Positions 60,050 to 64,000 of a stretch of 64,000 nt of DNA are shown one piece after another. Under the pieces are notes generated by a model that searched no databases, was not told the DNA's origin, and was given only the letters and a program-made list of their open reading frames with translations. The position numbers were made by a program, and so were the translations under genes. Location: positions 3,162,001-3,226,000 of the forward strand of contig OZ024756.1 in the NCBI GenBank assembly GCA_964016885.1, read 5' to 3'. This DNA is from Eledone cirrhosa. Lineage: Eukaryota. Numbering within the stretch: the first letter of the stretch is position 1; every line of letters begins with the position of its first letter.

Positions 60050-60991
60050 TACAAGGCCAGCAATTTAGGTAGGTGGGTGGCGGTAAAGACGATTGTGGTG
60101 ATCTCAGTACTTGACTGGCATTTTATTTTATCGACCTCTCTAGGATGAAAGGTAAATTTAACCTGGCCAGGATCCGGAACAAATGCTGTTAAACGTTTGT
60201 CCGACATTCTACCGATACTTCAAATGACATTGCTGTATGTCAGTGAATTAATAATGGTTTCTACTTTTGGAACAAGGCCAGTGTATTACTAGTGTATTAC
60301 TGGTACTTTAGGTACAAGGCCAACAATTACCCCAGTACATTACTGGTACTTTATTTTATTGAGCCCGTAAGGATGAATAATATCTATGTTAAATAATTTG
60401 GGATTTGAACTCAGAACGCAAAGGTTTCTGATTTAGGTACAAGGCCAACAATTACCCCAGTACATTACTGGTACTTTATTTTATCGAGCACGTAGGATGA
60501 AAGGTAAAGCTAACCTTGGTGGGATTTGAACTCAGAATGCAAAGGTTTTTGATTTAGGTACAAGGCCAACGGTTTATTGGAGAGGGTAAACTCGATTGAA
60601 TGAACCCCAGTGCGTTACAGGTACTTTATTTTATCGACCCAATAAGGTTAAAATCAGAACATAAAGTGACGTAACTGTCTCCTGCAAAGAATGCTGTTCG
60701 ACGCTCTACTGATTCGGCCAACCCACCGCAATATAGCACATATTAAATAATGATTTCTTATATAGGCACAAGGCCAACAATTTTGGGGAAGCGGAAAGTC
60801 GATTAAATCGACCCCAGTGCGTTACTGGTGCTTTATTTCATCGACCCTCGTGAGATATTTCATCGATCCTCGTGAGGATGAAATGCAAAGCTAATCTCGG
60901 AGGGATTTGAACTCGGACCGTAAAGGACTGTAACTCTATGCTGCAAAGCATGGCGTCCGACCCTCTACCGATACTGTCAATCCACCACCCT
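60050..60991 (-). mobile_element. Cluster of 5-6 tandem or fragmentary Nin-like SINE copies upstream of FoxC
   Basis: Recurrent CAAGGCCA..CTGGTACTTTATTTTATCGA..GGATGAAAGG..GGGATTTGAACTC. Confidence 0.75.
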
Positions 60992-61038
60992 AAATATATA
61001 TATATTAAATAATACATATATATATTAAATAACAGAAG

Positions 61039-61560
61039 TATATTAAACAACATAGCTATAAACTAAATGATAGAATTATATATCAAGTGGTATAAATATA
61101 TATTAAACAACATAGCTATAAACTAAATGATAGAATTATATATCAAGTGGTATAAATATATATTAAACAACATAGCTATAAACTAAATGATAGAATTATA
61201 TATCAAGTGGTATAAATATATATTAAACAACATAGCTATAAACTAAATGATAGAATTATATATCAAGTGGTATAAATATATATTAAACAACATAGCTATA
61301 AACTAAATGATAGAATTATATATCAAGTGGTATAAATATATATTAAACAACATAGCTATATACTAAATGATAGAATTATATATCAAGTGGTATAAATATA
61401 TATTAAACAACATAGCTATATACTAAATGATAGAATTATATATCAAGTGGTATAAATATATATTAAACAACATAGCTATATACTAAATGATAGAATTATA
61501 TATCAAGTGGTATAAATATATATTAAACAACATAGCTATATACTACATGACAGAAATATA
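61039..61560. repeat. 60-bp tandem repeat, about 8.5 near-identical copies
   Basis: [60 protein letters not shown]. Confidence 0.97.
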
Positions 61561-62522
61561 TGTTGCAACCATAGCAATTTCTTTTTCCGTCTTTAAGTGT
61601 CTTAAATCCTATTTTAAGAGTAACTGTCAGGTGGTGCTATTTAGTTAGACATGGTCTGGGCCAAGACTGGCCCAAACCTATCAAAGTTATGAAAGTTACT
61701 TTATAGCATCTCCGCGCTTGAGCACACCACTCTATATATTAACCGAAGTATATGTTAATCAACATAGTTATATACTAAATGACACAAGGCCAGCAATAAT
61801 TTCAGTGCATTACTAGTACTTTAAGGATGAAAGGCAAAGTTAACCACGATACAAATATATATATTAATCAACATAGCTATACACTAAATGATATAACTAT
61901 ATATATTAAATAATACAAATATATATTAAACATAGTTATATAATTGTTTCTACTTTGGGGCACAAGGCCAGCAATTATCTAAGTGTATTACTGGTACTTT
62001 ATTTTATCGACCCCGTAAAAATGAAAAGCAATGTTAACCTCGGCCGGATTTGAACTGTATGCTGCAAAGCATGGCGTCTGACCCTCTACCGATACTGCCA
62101 ATCCACCGCCCTGTTAAATAACAGACTTGAAACAGCAATTACATATTCCAATATGCACCTGTTCAAGTAAACTGGTGTATTGTATTGTAGTGTTTCGTTT
62201 AGTGTAGTGGGTTGGCTGGGTCGTCAAACAATAAATACTTTAGAAATTATTCCGTTTAACTGCACTCGGAGTTCAAATCCCGGTAAGATCAATATTGATT
62301 TTCACACTATCGAGGTCGATAAGTAAGTTATCAGTCCAGTACAGGACTTGGCTCTTATTCTCATTCCCGCCCTCACTCTCTCTCTCATCAGATTTTAAAT
62401 ACACACACATACTGACATACACATAGACACATGATTAATATGTATGATATTACAGAATAAAGGCAAATCACAGTTAATTGTGTATGGGTGAGAATACATA
62501 CATACACACAAACACACACACA

Positions 62523-62623
<101 letters not shown>

Positions 62624-62642
62624 CATATATATATATATATAA

Positions 62643-62673
<31 letters not shown>

Positions 62674-62852
62674 ACGAAGGAAATGTGGTCAGGAACCAGG
62701 TGGACCATAACGCACCAAAGTACTCAATACTTAGGGTAGTCGAGTGGGTAATAGGAACAAGTAAGACCCCGACGGCTGAACTCAAGCCGTTTCGACGGTC
62801 CATAATTAGCCGTCGAAACAGCTTGAGCTCAGCCGTCGGGGTCTTACTTGTT

Positions 62853-62933
<81 letters not shown>

Positions 62934-62984
62934 ATACAACACACGATTTCAGATAAAGAATCTTGCTAAACAAATTCAGAAACG

Positions 62985-63047
<63 letters not shown>

Positions 63048-63232
63048 CATATATATATATGTATATATAAATACATATATATATATATATATAAGTACAT
63101 ATATATATATGTATATATAAATACATATATATATATATGTATATATAAATACATACATATATATATGTATATATAAATACATACATATATATATGTATAT
63201 ATAAATACATACATATATATATGTATATATAA

Positions 63233-63297
<65 letters not shown>

Positions 63298-63325
63298 CAT
63301 ATATATATATATATATATAAATACA

Positions 63326-63387
<62 letters not shown>

Positions 63388-63388
63388 A

Positions 63389-63453
<65 letters not shown>

Positions 63454-63480
63454 CATATATATATATATATATATATATAA

Positions 63481-63565
<85 letters not shown>

Positions 63566-63598
63566 TATATATAGATATAGATATAAATACATATACAT

Positions 63599-63634
<36 letters not shown>

Positions 63635-63896
63635 GCGTGTGTGTGTGTATGTAAAAGGTAAACAGAAATGACAACACAATCGGTACAGTGTGTGGAAGGA
63701 ATATATTAGGTTAACGCTTCAAATAGCAGGAAGAGGGGCTTAACGTTTCGGACGCTAGTCCTTCACATATATAAATCAGGATAGAATCAATTTGAAGCTA
63801 GTTAAACAATAACTCAACAGAGAACTCGATACTTGGGGTAGTAGAGTATGGTGATATTATAAACAGTCGGGTCCCAACTCGTTATTATATATTAAT

Positions 63897-63956
<60 letters not shown>

Positions 63957-64000
63957 GTGTGTGAATGAATGTATGTAAAGCACCTCATCCATGCAAAAAT

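Overview
Animal genomic DNA, very AT-rich and packed with (TA)n/(CA)n microsatellites. The Nin/Deu-type SINEs and the repeat landscape suggest an octopod cephalopod (inference). There is one host gene, FoxC, with a single coding exon (57137-59197, minus). The rest is repeats: two Penelope-like retroelement (PLE) families with RT + GIY-YIG (including an 8-kb tandem-plus-inverted insertion at 9271-17386), RTE LINE remnants, tRNA-derived SINEs and minisatellites. The most striking signal is non-coding. Many of the 100-600 bp islands between (TA)n tracts carry a type I hammerhead ribozyme (HHR) motif. By eye I count roughly 45 copies (intact, variant or decayed) in about 15 sequence families. Many are arranged as fold-back palindromes with a ribozyme on each strand. 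Several show stem covariation or family-wide core variants (U3-A8 instead of C3-G8; A4 instead of U4). All motifs were read manually, so coordinates may be off by a few bases and no activity is demonstrated. Almost all short ORFs in the supplied track are microsatellite artefacts.
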